A DNA stretch of 64,000 nucleotides from a virus, in IMG/VR virus record IMGVR_UViG_3300045988_146036, positions 1 through 64,000 of that record. One strand, written 5' to 3'. The notes below the pieces were generated by a model. It was not told the DNA's origin. It made no database searches and saw only the letters and a program-made list of their open reading frames with translations. The translations under genes were made by a program, and so were the position numbers. This document shows, piece after piece, positions 16,159 through 25,710 of this stretch (position 1 is its first letter; each line of letters starts with the position of its first letter).

Positions 16159-16688
16159 TACCCCCTTACTAAAAGTTTTTTATCCACAAGATTAAAAAAG
16201 TCTTTTAGTTTCAACATAATAAAGTCCTCGGACTTATATTTTCCCTTCTCTTGCGCTTGGTGCATTACTAAGCAAGGGTATTTACCGCTGATACAATCAT
16301 CTTCTGCCTGCTTAAACCAATCTTGCACCACTTTCCAACCTGCTTTCCTATTTTTAAGTTCTAAATGAAGTGCAAAATCTACATTATCATCTAAACACAC
16401 AACGTCACCACGCAATGTATTGCTTTCTAATTCCTTTTTATATCCACCACTTGAAGGTGTGCGCCCAAAAGTTAGGGCAGGGAATTGTTCCTTTAAAAAT
16501 TTTACTATCTTACGTTCATAAGTAGCACCTTTTGTTTTGGAACTTCTTCCCCGCTTACTGTACCCTAACTTCTTTTTTAGAAGCGCAATTTCCTCACTCT
16601 GCGGAGCGTGTTCTTCAAGGAAAGCAATTTTATCCCTTAATAAATCACTGTTACGCATTAAATCGCCCATTTCTACTATTATCTTCAA
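16155..16688 (-). CDS. putative PD-(D/E)xK nuclease / resolvase-like protein
   Basis: GATYERKIVKFL...GDVVCLDDNVDFALHLELKNRK fits a D...ExK nuclease core. Confidence 0.35.
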   Translation of the reverse strand: MKIIVEMGDLMRNSDLLRDKIAFLEEHAPQSEEIALLKKKLGYSKRGRSSKTKGATYERKIVKFLKEQFPALTFGRTPSSGGYKKELESNTLRGDVVCLDDNVDFALHLELKNRKAGWKVVQDWFKQAEDDCISGKYPCLVMHQAQEKGKYKSEDFIMLKLKDFFNLVDKKLLVRGY

Positions 16689-17130
16689 AATCTTTTAAAC
16701 GACGTGTAAGTTCTCTGCTTACAAGGAAAGTGCCATCATCTAAACTATCCATAATATCTTTTAAAAAGTCAAAGCGTTCTAAGGAATACTCCATAGTTGC
16801 ACGAATTTCACTCGCCTGCTCATCTTGATAAACACGCAGTTCTTTTTCTGTAACACTCATCTTTGCTGGGGCAAGTGAGAAAACTCTACATTTTTCTCTA
16901 TCATATGCGGACTTTGCTTCCCTATAAATTGCTCTAGCTTGACTTGCTAAGGTGCGCACATACATTCTCTGCTGCGTAATTGCATTTAAGTATTTGCTAA
17001 TCTCATTAGTTGGCAATTCTGTTAAATCTTTAGGAAGCTTTAAATACTCTGCATCTACATTCTGATTGTCAAAAGTGTTTACTCCTGTTTCTTTTAAAAA
17101 TTCTTTAATTCTATCTAAGTTTGTTTCCAT
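16651..17130 (-). CDS. hypothetical protein (159 aa)
   Basis: ORF with GGAGG RBS. Confidence 0.35.
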   Translation of the reverse strand: METNLDRIKEFLKETGVNTFDNQNVDAEYLKLPKDLTELPTNEISKYLNAITQQRMYVRTLASQARAIYREAKSAYDREKCRVFSLAPAKMSVTEKELRVYQDEQASEIRATMEYSLERFDFLKDIMDSLDDGTFLVSRELTRRLKDFEDNSRNGRFNA

Positions 17131-17145
17131 ATTTGAGTATCCTCC

Positions 17146-17664
17146 TTAATGATAATTCGTGCTGAACATTACACCTGCGGCATGTGTTTTTCCGTCAGAC
17201 ATTACCCATACATGAGCGGGTGTTTTCTTTACACGTACTTGAAAAAATCCCGCAGGTTTGTTATTACTTGTGTACCCCATGCCTACCCCCCATGCAGGTT
17301 CAAGAGCTTTAGTTTTTACATCCAAAGTATACAGGCTCTTCTGGTTAAACTCTAAATAATCTTTACCATACTCATATTTAGAACTTGTTTTTGGCTTAAT
17401 TTCTGCCTCTTTACCATTAATACTGACCTTTACGGTATCTTTAGTATTTACAACCAAGTCTGCGTCTTTAGGGCTGACTTTTTCTTTTGCAGTAACTGTA
17501 TTAATCGTTTCTTTCTGTACAACCTCATGTATGACGGGCTTCTCTATAACCTTTTCAACCTCTTTTATTTTGGGATGTGTGTAGAAATATACACATCCCC
17601 CAAATAGGGCTAAAATCAACAAACTAATTAGAAACTCTTTTACTGATAAATGTGGAAATACCAT
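17146..17664 (-). CDS. membrane-anchored hypothetical protein (172 aa)
   Basis: N-terminal TM helix LISLLILALFGGCVYFY. Confidence 0.4.
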   Translation of the reverse strand: MVFPHLSVKEFLISLLILALFGGCVYFYTHPKIKEVEKVIEKPVIHEVVQKETINTVTAKEKVSPKDADLVVNTKDTVKVSINGKEAEIKPKTSSKYEYGKDYLEFNQKSLYTLDVKTKALEPAWGVGMGYTSNNKPAGFFQVRVKKTPAHVWVMSDGKTHAAGVMFSTNYH

Positions 17665-17932
17665 TTAAAGCACCTGCTGTAACAAATGTCCATAATACCC
17701 AAAAAACAACATTAGCAAAACCCGTGAAGAAAGAAGCTCCCCAAGCCCCAATATATATCAAACTTACAATAAAGACTAATGCACCCAATACTGTGGTCAA
17801 AACAATAATAAGAACTGCAAAAACATCTAGTAACTTTTCAATCATAATTAGCACACACCTTTCTATAATGACAACCATTGCACATAAACGTCTTTTCTGC
17901 TGCTGGGACTTTTCGCTCCCTAACAGCGTCAT
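17624..17932 (-). CDS. small integral membrane protein (102 aa)
   Basis: Two or three predicted TM helices. Confidence 0.35.
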   Translation of the reverse strand: MTLLGSEKSQQQKRRLCAMVVIIERCVLIMIEKLLDVFAVLIIVLTTVLGALVFIVSLIYIGAWGASFFTGFANVVFWVLWTFVTAGALNGISTFISKRVSN

Positions 17933-18731
17933 TTATAGCTGAGAACTTTTTAAGAGCTTTAGTAGTAGCTGCCTTATCTGTATAAGCAAACTCTTTCAAC
18001 TCTTGTGTATCCTTATTCTCATAAAGAAATATAACTTTTTTTACAGGTTTTGGGTATTTTTCTAAAAAATCAAGAGTGTTCTTAAAATCTTTAAACCTGC
18101 TATTTACCTTATCCTTTTTAAAATGCACTTTTCCGTCTAAAGAGGTAGTATCTTCCAAAAAAGAATCTAGTTTGTATAAATACTCTTGTTCTAACTCTTT
18201 GCGCTTTCCTAATAAGATTAAATTACGCATAGTATTTAAACAATACATGTAGATACTTGCTTGCATCTTGTGTTCTGGCTTTGCATCTTTAAGGCCTGCA
18301 AATCCCATAGAATTAATACTCTTAATTTCGAGCACTGCAATAGACCTATCTTTATCTAAAAGCAAGCCATCTGTTGTTCCCATAATTTGATAAGCTTTAT
18401 CATATAAAGGGGCTTCATCTGCTAAAAGAACACCACTTTGCAGAAGATAATTCTGTAAACGAATATGTGTATAAGTACCATTATCAAAGATTCGCTGTAA
18501 ACGTGGTTCGTTACTAGGAAAATCTGGTGGTAAACCTATACGACCAAAGTAGACACTTCTACTACAATAACCAACACTACTAGGACTGTTCCAACCATGC
18601 CCCCTATCAACACCTGCTTTTAAATTACGCAAAGTTTCTTCAATAGCAGGGATAAGTAACTTGTCCGCTGTATCATTGGAAATTTTATTAATATTTTTTA
18701 AGCTTCCTTTTATCTTCATCTGTACCTCCAT
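17838..18731 (-). CDS. Cas4-like / RecB-family PD-(D/E)xK exonuclease with C-terminal Cys cluster
   Basis: DKDRSIAVLEIKS (D..ExK) and C-terminal FMCNGCHYRKVC Cys cluster typical of Cas4-like Fe-S nucleases. Confidence 0.5.
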   Translation of the reverse strand: MEVQMKIKGSLKNINKISNDTADKLLIPAIEETLRNLKAGVDRGHGWNSPSSVGYCSRSVYFGRIGLPPDFPSNEPRLQRIFDNGTYTHIRLQNYLLQSGVLLADEAPLYDKAYQIMGTTDGLLLDKDRSIAVLEIKSINSMGFAGLKDAKPEHKMQASIYMYCLNTMRNLILLGKRKELEQEYLYKLDSFLEDTTSLDGKVHFKKDKVNSRFKDFKNTLDFLEKYPKPVKKVIFLYENKDTQELKEFAYTDKAATTKALKKFSAINDAVRERKVPAAEKTFMCNGCHYRKVCANYD

Positions 18732-19308
18732 CTATATAAAATTGAAAATCTGTTAACCTTATTAAACCCCAAGCATTACCATTTACATCAATTTCTCTAA
18801 AACCTTCAAATAAACCCTCAAAAATATCCTGTGTAATCTTTAAAGAGCTACTACACTTTAAAGATGTTTCCGTAATTTCTGTAAAGAAATCATAAACCCT
18901 AAAAAGTATAAAGTCACCAAGAGAACACCGAATAGCGAGTAAAGGAATCCTACCACTTTTCAATGCCTCCCCTCTAATCTTCTCTACAATCTTTGATTTT
19001 AAGATGTAGTAATTTTTCCTAGTAGCTTTGCACTCTATCTGATAAAGAGAAGTAACTACATCTGATTTTGCCATCCAAAGTGCTCCACTAGCAATCGTGG
19101 TTTTGCCATTGAGAGATTCTGCAATGAATCTCTCATGGGCTTCACTCATCTTCTTATTTTCAGTTTGTACCATCTTCGGGACTCCATAAAAGACAGAAAT
19201 GTCTGTCACCCTCGGTAACAAGGTCAAACTCTGTAACATTACAATTTGTGCAACTCTTAAACTCATCATAATATTTACAGCTTTCACACCTTGCAATAAA
19301 TTTAGCAC
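18688..19308 (-). CDS. hypothetical protein, possible PD-(D/E)xK nuclease
   Basis: SGALWMAKSDVVTSLYQIECKAT resembles a D...ExK core; the true start is probably an internal Met. Confidence 0.3.
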   Translation of the reverse strand: MLNLLQGVKAVNIMMSLRVAQIVMLQSLTLLPRVTDISVFYGVPKMVQTENKKMSEAHERFIAESLNGKTTIASGALWMAKSDVVTSLYQIECKATRKNYYILKSKIVEKIRGEALKSGRIPLLAIRCSLGDFILFRVYDFFTEITETSLKCSSSLKITQDIFEGLFEGFREIDVNGNAWGLIRLTDFQFYIDGGTDEDKRKLKKY

Positions 19309-19366
19309 CTTTTTTTATTCTTTGTGCCAATTCTTTAGTATATCCCCTCTTAAAAATATTAATCAA
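19160..19366 (-). CDS. small zinc-finger protein (68 aa)
   Basis: CESCKYYDEFKSCTNCNV, four Cys in a CxxC...CxxC arrangement. Confidence 0.35.
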   Translation of the reverse strand: MINIFKRGYTKELAQRIKKGAKFIARCESCKYYDEFKSCTNCNVTEFDLVTEGDRHFCLLWSPEDGTN

Positions 19367-19369
19367 CTC

Positions 19370-20440
19370 CTATAACTTCTCAACAATCTCCATAAACAGT
19401 TCTTGGTTCTCTCTTAATTTAGCAACTACATTGTCCTGTCCTTGCCCCAACTGCTCACCATTATAATAGAACCAACCACCACGGCGCTCAATCAAGCCTT
19501 TAGACATTGCAAGAATAACTAACTCTTTGCCTGTATCAATGCTTCCTCTTGGAAGTAGTGCATCATCTACATAAAGGTCATATTCTCCGTCACTAAAAGC
19601 CTTACCTGTTTTATTTTTCTCAATCTTCCATTTAATAACCCTTCCTACGGTTCTAGCATTTACGCCAGTACCCTCACGAATAATATCACCTACACGTGTA
19701 CGAATCTCAATAGCATTGGTGAATTTTTGGCTACTACCTCCAGGTGCGTACAATGGATTACCATAAGCACCAATCTTTTCACGTAACTGATTAATTGCCA
19801 ATAAAGTAGTAGGCAATTTACCATTTCTTTCTAAGGAGTTGTTAATACTTTGAAACTTGCCATGAAAAACATTTAAAGCCTTTGCCCTAAGTCCCATCTG
19901 TACAGTGTCCTCTTGGTCTGTTTCAATCTCTTTAGTAGGTAGCATTGCTGCAATACTATCAATGACAATAAATTCAACCCCAGCACGTTGGAGAGCACAA
20001 GCAAGGTCTAAAGCCTGTTCCATACCCTCTGGCTGTACAAAGATTAATCTGTCATTATCAATGCCGTGGACTTCGCCCCAGTCTGGGGAATAACTACCAC
20101 ATTCAAGCTGAATAAGTGCTGCGGTTAAAGGAGTGTCACCGTCGTCTGCAACAACCTCATAAGCATCTACACCTTCCCCAACCAATTTTTTGCGCAGATT
20201 CTGCACAGCAGCAATAGCTTTATAAGCAAGTAAGCTTTTACCACTGCTTTCCTGTCCAGCAAGTGTGATATAACGCCCACTCGGAAGTCCACCACCCAAT
20301 GCGTCATTTAAACCAACACTGCCTAATGGAATTTTAAAATTCATATCTTCTCTAATATTTCGTCCTAATCTTATTGCATTTGTACCAAACTTCTTATTAA
20401 TATCTTTAACTAATTTATCAATTTCTACCACTATTTTCAC
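19370..20440 (-). CDS. recA: RecA/UvsX-family recombinase
   Basis: LPSGRYITLAGQESSGKSLLAY Walker A in a RecA-like context (RecA has GPESSGKT). Confidence 0.7.
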   Translation of the reverse strand: MKIVVEIDKLVKDINKKFGTNAIRLGRNIREDMNFKIPLGSVGLNDALGGGLPSGRYITLAGQESSGKSLLAYKAIAAVQNLRKKLVGEGVDAYEVVADDGDTPLTAALIQLECGSYSPDWGEVHGIDNDRLIFVQPEGMEQALDLACALQRAGVEFIVIDSIAAMLPTKEIETDQEDTVQMGLRAKALNVFHGKFQSINNSLERNGKLPTTLLAINQLREKIGAYGNPLYAPGGSSQKFTNAIEIRTRVGDIIREGTGVNARTVGRVIKWKIEKNKTGKAFSDGEYDLYVDDALLPRGSIDTGKELVILAMSKGLIERRGGWFYYNGEQLGQGQDNVVAKLRENQELFMEIVEKL

Positions 20441-20443
20441 CTC

Positions 20444-20956
20444 TTATTTTGCATCATAATAACTATGCCCATAATCTGGGACTGCCTCCAAAGGAATTGT
20501 CAGATTTATGCCACGTTCCTGTAAACAATGTTCCATATGATATTGTAAACGCTCCATTCCAAGTTCCACGTATTTGGTTGGACACATTAAGCCTAACTCA
20601 TCGTGTACATTTAAGAATAAGTATGCACCTATTGCTTTAAGCACTGGGTCGCGGTCAACATCTAAGGTAGCAAACATTGCTACGTCCCCACCTGCACCCT
20701 GGCTCATTACATTTACCGCCACACGTTCTAAGTAGGAAGCTACTCTCTTATCACTGCTGTTAATATCCCATAAATGCCTTTTATGCCCACCAAGAGTCTT
20801 TACAAACCCATTTGACTGTGCAAAACGTATTACAGCTTTATCATAAGTATGCAAACCATAGAAACCTTCAAAATAACGGTCAATGTATTTCTGTGCTGTC
20901 TTTTGGTCTACATCCAAATTCTTACTTACTGCAACAGAAGTGCCGCCATAATCTAC
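20444..20956 (-). CDS. DNA polymerase I (family A), exon 2 (C-terminal; motif B tail and motif C)
   Basis: VDYGGTSVAVSKNLDVDQKTAQKYIDRYF aligns to Taq VLYGMSAHRLSQ...IERYF; VHDEL is motif C; the frame is open upstream of the tool start back to 20956. Confidence 0.7.
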   Translation of the reverse strand, partial: VDYGGTSVAVSKNLDVDQKTAQKYIDRYFEGFYGLHTYDKAVIRFAQSNGFVKTLGGHKRHLWDINSSDKRVASYLERVAVNVMSQGAGGDVAMFATLDVDRDPVLKAIGAYLFLNVHDELGLMCPTKYVELGMERLQYHMEHCLQERGINLTIPLEAVPDYGHSYYDAK

Positions 20957-21699
20957 CAGTCCGTTGTCCAGTATTACTACTGGTGTCAGACTATGCCTTT
21001 AGAACTCGCTGCCAGTAAAAACCATATATTTTAGTTTTATTTCTAATAGCCACTCTAATACCACTTGTATCTTTAGGAAAGTAACCAAGGCTATTTAAAA
21101 ACTTTAACACACTCTCTTTACTAACCAACGTATGTAATACATTACCATCACAATCACAAAGTAAATAGGTAACTGCATGATGCTCTTTTTGATGGCACTT
21201 CTTACATAATACTTGCAAGTTTGTATCTTCATTATTTTGCCTATTACCATCCCTATGATGTACCACTAAGTTCTTTATACTACCGCAAATCTCACATTTT
21301 GCCCCGTCAATTTTTGCCTTTAGAGGATAGCCCTTTATTCCATTCTTATAGAATGGCGAATCCTTACCTTTAGGCTGGGCATTATGTAAAAACCCACGGC
21401 TTTCACGGTCTTTAAAACGTGCATATCTTAACTTAGCTTCATATTTACAGTATACACAAAATTTTTGATTACGTCCAGTAGGAATATAATAATTCCCACA
21501 ATATTCACAAACTCTTTCTTTCATAGTTCATGTTCCCCATTAAATGTATTCGTAAGATTTATACTTAAAGTATAGCGATACATTATAAGTCGTTACACCG
21601 TCTTTTTACAAAGAAATTCGGCACGGCGTTGACCATTAAGTTATGGCAATCTTAATGGCTTTCACCGTTATGAGAGGAATTTTACTTCACCATACCTTT
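20957..21699 (-). mobile_element. group I intron (743 nt) carrying an HNH homing endonuclease, splitting the polA gene
   Basis: Exon 1 ends GGC TTC GCT (5' splice site after U, followed immediately by an in-frame stop KGMVK*); exon 2 starts GTA GAT TAT GGC after ...CTG (3' splice site after G). The predicted spliced junction KKIGFA|VDYGG restores pol I motif B. Confidence 0.65.
20991..21524 (-). CDS. HNH homing endonuclease (intron-encoded)
   Basis: N-terminal zinc ribbon CEYCG...CVYC; HNH motif LVVHHRDGNRQNN...CKKCHQKEHH. Confidence 0.75.
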   Translation of the reverse strand: MKERVCEYCGNYYIPTGRNQKFCVYCKYEAKLRYARFKDRESRGFLHNAQPKGKDSPFYKNGIKGYPLKAKIDGAKCEICGSIKNLVVHHRDGNRQNNEDTNLQVLCKKCHQKEHHAVTYLLCDCDGNVLHTLVSKESVLKFLNSLGYFPKDTSGIRVAIRNKTKIYGFYWQRVLKA

Positions 21700-23442
21700 A
21701 GCGAAGCCTATTTTTTTTGCAATTTGCCTTTTAGCAGGCTCACGCTTCTTTACATCATTCGGATTCATGTTTGCAAGCTCTGGAAAAACGATAGTTGCAA
21801 CTGTACCATGCGGGTCTAAGTTCTCTCTCAACATCTTTAAAAGCATCTTATCTTGTGACAAATGCGCCGTTAAGTATTTCTCCAAAGCATGATAATCACA
21901 AGCTATTACACTATAACCCTCATCAGCTATAAACAGCTTTCTTATTTCAAACCGTTCCCAAAAGTCAAAGTAGGTTCTATCTTCACCCGCTTTCGGCTCT
22001 TCTAGTGGGTGCGGCAGCTGCTGGAGGTTTGGGTATTGACTACTTAATCTATAAGAATCCGTGCCACAAATATTGAAGCTACAATGGACTTTACCATCAC
22101 TATAAATATTCTCCCTTAACCCTATCATAAATGCACTAATAAGTTTAGAAAGTTTTTTATAAGTTACAAGCTCTGTAATAAAATCATGTGCTTTTGCATC
22201 AACATTCTTCTGCTTTAAAAGAGCTTTTAAAATATCCCCACCTGTTTTCGGCGTTTGTAACTCTTCATAACCATATTTACCACCTGTTGTAAACTCTATT
22301 GGTTTAAAACCAAAGTTTACGTCTACTAAATTATTATTGCAAGATTCTACAAACATTACCTGTGAAGGCTCATTCATATACAAGTTTTTAAGCTTAGTTT
22401 TTTCAGTCGTAGTGTATCCAACACTTTCCATTTCAAAGGCATTTTGTGCGCTTGGAGTAAGCCTCATAACTTTCTTTTTAAAGCCAAAAAGGATTTCATA
22501 AAGATGTTGTCCACTATCGGGATTAAACTCTACCCCTGTCAAAGAAAACATTTTATATTTAGAGTTTTCTAATTCTTTCTCTGCAAGTTCCTGCATCTTA
22601 TCAAGGGCAGCAATATCTACACTTACACCTTTTCTTTCCATTTTCCAAAGTGCTTTCATAAAAGGCATACGGCACTTAATATACATATCATAAGAATCAT
22701 CTTCTCTTAGACCTTTTTCAAGCATTGGATACATTTGCTTCATAAACCAAACGTCCTCGGCTGAATACTGCGCTCCGATTGGAATTTGAACATGCTGAAA
22801 GCTTGCATTATTAGTAGCCTTTAAACCCTGTGAAAGCTTTTCTTCTTTAGTAACAGTTTTAATGGTATCACTATAATGTGACTTTTCAACTTTAAAAATC
22901 ATCTTAGTAACACTTTCAAGATTCTTTTCTACATTCTCATCTAGTGTATGCACCATTATTTGTGTATCTTGAAAAGTGTTTACATCAAAGACTTTATAAA
23001 TATCAATTCCTTCATTAGCTAGTAAATGTAAATCATAATCTTGATTATGCGCAATGTATTCTTTACCACCGCACTCCATAATAGATTTAAGTTCTGCTGC
23101 AAACTTAAAAGAGTCTACGTTATAATAAGTTCCTTCAAATTTTTCTGGACAAAAATCTAGGAACTTTTCAAGCTGTGCTTTCTTCAAGAAAGAGAATCTG
23201 CCATTATCCTCATATTTTCCCTCGAACACGTGTCTTACAGGAACATAAAAAACATCTTTAGATGTAGCATCATCAAAAGCAAATGTAAAGCCTACTGTAT
23301 AATCTTTACCCACAGCACGTACATTTAACCCGGATGTTTCAGTATCCCAAAAGACTTGTCTTGCACTTTTAAATAGATTTAAAAAGGCACTTAGAGTACC
23401 TTCTTGAACAATATTTAATTTAAAATACTTTTGGTGATACAT
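21700..23442 (-). CDS. DNA polymerase I (family A), exon 1 (3'-5' exonuclease domain through motif B start)
   Basis: Exo I motif VFWDTETSGL; ends RQIAKKIGFA (motif B RxxAKxxNFG). Confidence 0.7.
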
Positions 23443-23725
23443 TTTGTGCCTCCAAAATACGTTTACGTAACTTAGAATAAGGCTTTACTTTTCCACGCAC
23501 AACCTGTCGCTCAACAGTTTCTTGGCGAACTAAATCCATTCCCTTAGCCTTATAAGCTTTAAACTCGATTCTAAAATAGTTTATAAAGTCAAAGGTGTCG
23601 CATCCCTCAGACACTGTTTCTGAAAAAGCTGTCATAAAAGCTTTGTAAATGCGCCAACCTTCTTTGATAGAAACATTATTAACCCTTGCGATATGCCTTG
23701 CGAATATTTCACCGTTTACTCTCAT
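23420..23725 (-). CDS. hypothetical protein (101 aa)
   Basis: ORF overlapping the pol start by 23 nt. Confidence 0.35.
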   Translation of the reverse strand: MRVNGEIFARHIARVNNVSIKEGWRIYKAFMTAFSETVSEGCDTFDFINYFRIEFKAYKAKGMDLVRQETVERQVVRGKVKPYSKLRKRILEAQNVSPKVF

Positions 23726-23739
23726 ATTTATTTCTCCTT

Positions 23740-23769
23740 AAAAAGAAAGGGAGCTAATGCCCCCTCCCT
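23740..23769 (-). terminator. possible hairpin terminator after the SSB gene
   Basis: Stem agggag/ctccct with 10-nt loop, followed by TTCTTTTT on the minus strand. Confidence 0.4.
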
Positions 23770-23775
23770 AATAAA

Positions 23776-24528
23776 TTACATTCTATTCAAGCTCTGTGGT
23801 TCTTCTACTGACGTAGCAGAGGGAATTTCCTCGGAATCACTAGAAACACCATAAGGTGTAAACAATGCTTCGATTACATTATAGAAGCCGCCTTCTTGAC
23901 GCGCCAAATCTCTGTACTTTTCTGGAAGCTTCTCAATAAGCTTTTCAATAGCCTCAGCAGAAAGTTCGTGCTGTCCCCAAAATTCTTCTTCTTTACCATG
24001 TGGGCAACCATCTGCACGGTCAAAAGCATAAGGATTCTTTTTACCATTTTTACTTACATAATAAGCACGCCCCAGCAAGCCGTATTTTTCTTTACAACGC
24101 TCAATAGCTGCAATATCACTTGTACCACGTACCATTACCTTAATTTGGTCAGTGTATTGTACCTTTTTGCCAGTAGGCTTTCCGTCCTGCATTTCATCCT
24201 TTTCAGTAACAGTGCCGTCCAATACAAGATATGCTGCACGTACAACAGGCTTATTAGGTTTAGTTGGGTCGAAACTATCTGCTTGCTTACAACCCTGACA
24301 ATCTGCGTCACCAGTACAAACAAAGGTTCTCGGTGCTTTGCCTACCTTAATATTATGAGCCATAAAAGAAACAGGTTCATCTGTTAAGAAACGCATGAGT
24401 GCTTCTTGTCCGTCTTTTACATAGAAATCATAAATACCATTACTTGAAAAAGATGCTTTATGTGCATCTGCCAATTTTTGTGTTGCTTCAATACCTCTGT
24501 TAAAAAATCCCATTTTCATTATTATCAT
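23776..24528 (-). CDS. gp32-like single-stranded DNA-binding protein
   Basis: SFSSNG...ALMRFL...HNIKVGK...CTGDADCQGC resembles the T4 gp32 N-terminal and Zn-binding region; acidic C-terminus. Confidence 0.45.
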   Translation of the reverse strand: MIIMKMGFFNRGIEATQKLADAHKASFSSNGIYDFYVKDGQEALMRFLTDEPVSFMAHNIKVGKAPRTFVCTGDADCQGCKQADSFDPTKPNKPVVRAAYLVLDGTVTEKDEMQDGKPTGKKVQYTDQIKVMVRGTSDIAAIERCKEKYGLLGRAYYVSKNGKKNPYAFDRADGCPHGKEEEFWGQHELSAEAIEKLIEKLPEKYRDLARQEGGFYNVIEALFTPYGVSSDSEEIPSATSVEEPQSLNRM

Positions 24529-25499
24529 TCTCCTTCATAAAACTTAAAATTTCTCACTGGATAATTAATCAAATTCTTAAACATAAAATCCAATTCTTCT
24601 TTTGTACATTCTTGAACGTCTTTTTTACCTTCTGGAAAAATTACCTTCTTAAATACAAAGTTGCCTTTTAAATTGTCATATAGCTTTTTACAACCTGCTT
24701 CCCCATACTTATCATTGTCAAGACAAAGAATAATTGTTTTAACGTCTAGTGATTTTAAAATCTCTAGTTGCGCCCTACTTATCTGTGCGCTTATAACGGA
24801 AAGCGTATTAGTAAACTGCATCTTATGCAGCCACAAGGCATCTAACAAGCCCTCAACTAAAATAAGCGTGTCTGACTTTTTGTATAAATTTAAGGGAAAC
24901 AATGTGTCTTTAGCTTTAAAGTTATTATAAATTAAATACTTCGGGGAATTACCATAAACAACTTCATAACTCGTATTAGATTCATTCAGAACCGCTCTAC
25001 CGCTAAAACCTAGTAAATTCCCCTTAGTATCGTAGAAAGGAATTGTAATACGCTTTAAATTACTATCCCACCCTAACTTAAAATTTATAAAATCCTGCTC
25101 ACTAAAGCCACGCTTTATCAAGTATGGGTGCGAAATTTCGCCACTCCGAAAAGGGGCAAGTGCTGTGTGCGGAAGAAAGCTTGAAATGCTTGTCTTATCC
25201 TCACTATAAAGTGGGAACTTCCCTGCACAATCAACTTTACGAAAATCGCGGTTAAAATAACTGTTGAGATATTCAATAGCTTCCCATTCTTGAATCTGCT
25301 TACAAAAAGCTACTAACTGAATTAAATTGAAGTGCCATCCACAAGCAAAACAACCTCCAATTTCTTTTGTAATAGAGATTCCACAGGAAGGATTACTCTC
25401 GCCATGTGAAGGACAACAAAACATAACATTATCTCCACGTACTTTGATTTTTTCCAAACCTAGTTCCCTACACAGAGAAACCATTTCGTCTGCTAACAT
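24525..25499 (-). CDS. DNA primase (CHC2 zinc finger plus Toprim)
   Basis: CCPSHGESNPSCGI...CFACGWH zinc finger; Toprim LILVEGLLD and LCLDNDKYGEAG. Confidence 0.7.
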   Translation of the reverse strand: MLADEMVSLCRELGLEKIKVRGDNVMFCCPSHGESNPSCGISITKEIGGCFACGWHFNLIQLVAFCKQIQEWEAIEYLNSYFNRDFRKVDCAGKFPLYSEDKTSISSFLPHTALAPFRSGEISHPYLIKRGFSEQDFINFKLGWDSNLKRITIPFYDTKGNLLGFSGRAVLNESNTSYEVVYGNSPKYLIYNNFKAKDTLFPLNLYKKSDTLILVEGLLDALWLHKMQFTNTLSVISAQISRAQLEILKSLDVKTIILCLDNDKYGEAGCKKLYDNLKGNFVFKKVIFPEGKKDVQECTKEELDFMFKNLINYPVRNFKFYEGE

Positions 25500-25520
25500 T
25501 TCTTAACACCTCATGTATCT

Positions 25521-25549
25521 ATTATAACACACTTTTATAAGCGTGTCAA
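25521..25549 (-). promoter_or_regulatory. sigma-A type promoter TTGACA-N17-TATAAT upstream of the primase gene
   Basis: Minus strand reads TTGACAcgcttataaaagtgtgtTATAAT. Confidence 0.6.
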
Positions 25550-25710
25550 TACCCACCTACTAAATTAAAAAAATCTTTTAAAAACTCACCAGAAGTTCTA
25601 GGCTCAAAACAAGGCTTGTCAACTGTTTCATTAGCGACTATCTTCTTAAACTTATGGCACATACACATACTATTAAACTTTTGACAATATTTACATTTAT
25701 CACAATTCAT
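25546..25710 (-). CDS. small Cys-rich zinc-ribbon-like ORF (54 aa)
   Basis: AAGGTGG RBS, ATG at 25710-25708; MNCDKCKYCQKFNSMCMCHK; fills the DnaB-primase gap. Confidence 0.35.
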   Translation of the reverse strand: MNCDKCKYCQKFNSMCMCHKFKKIVANETVDKPCFEPRTSGEFLKDFFNLVGGY

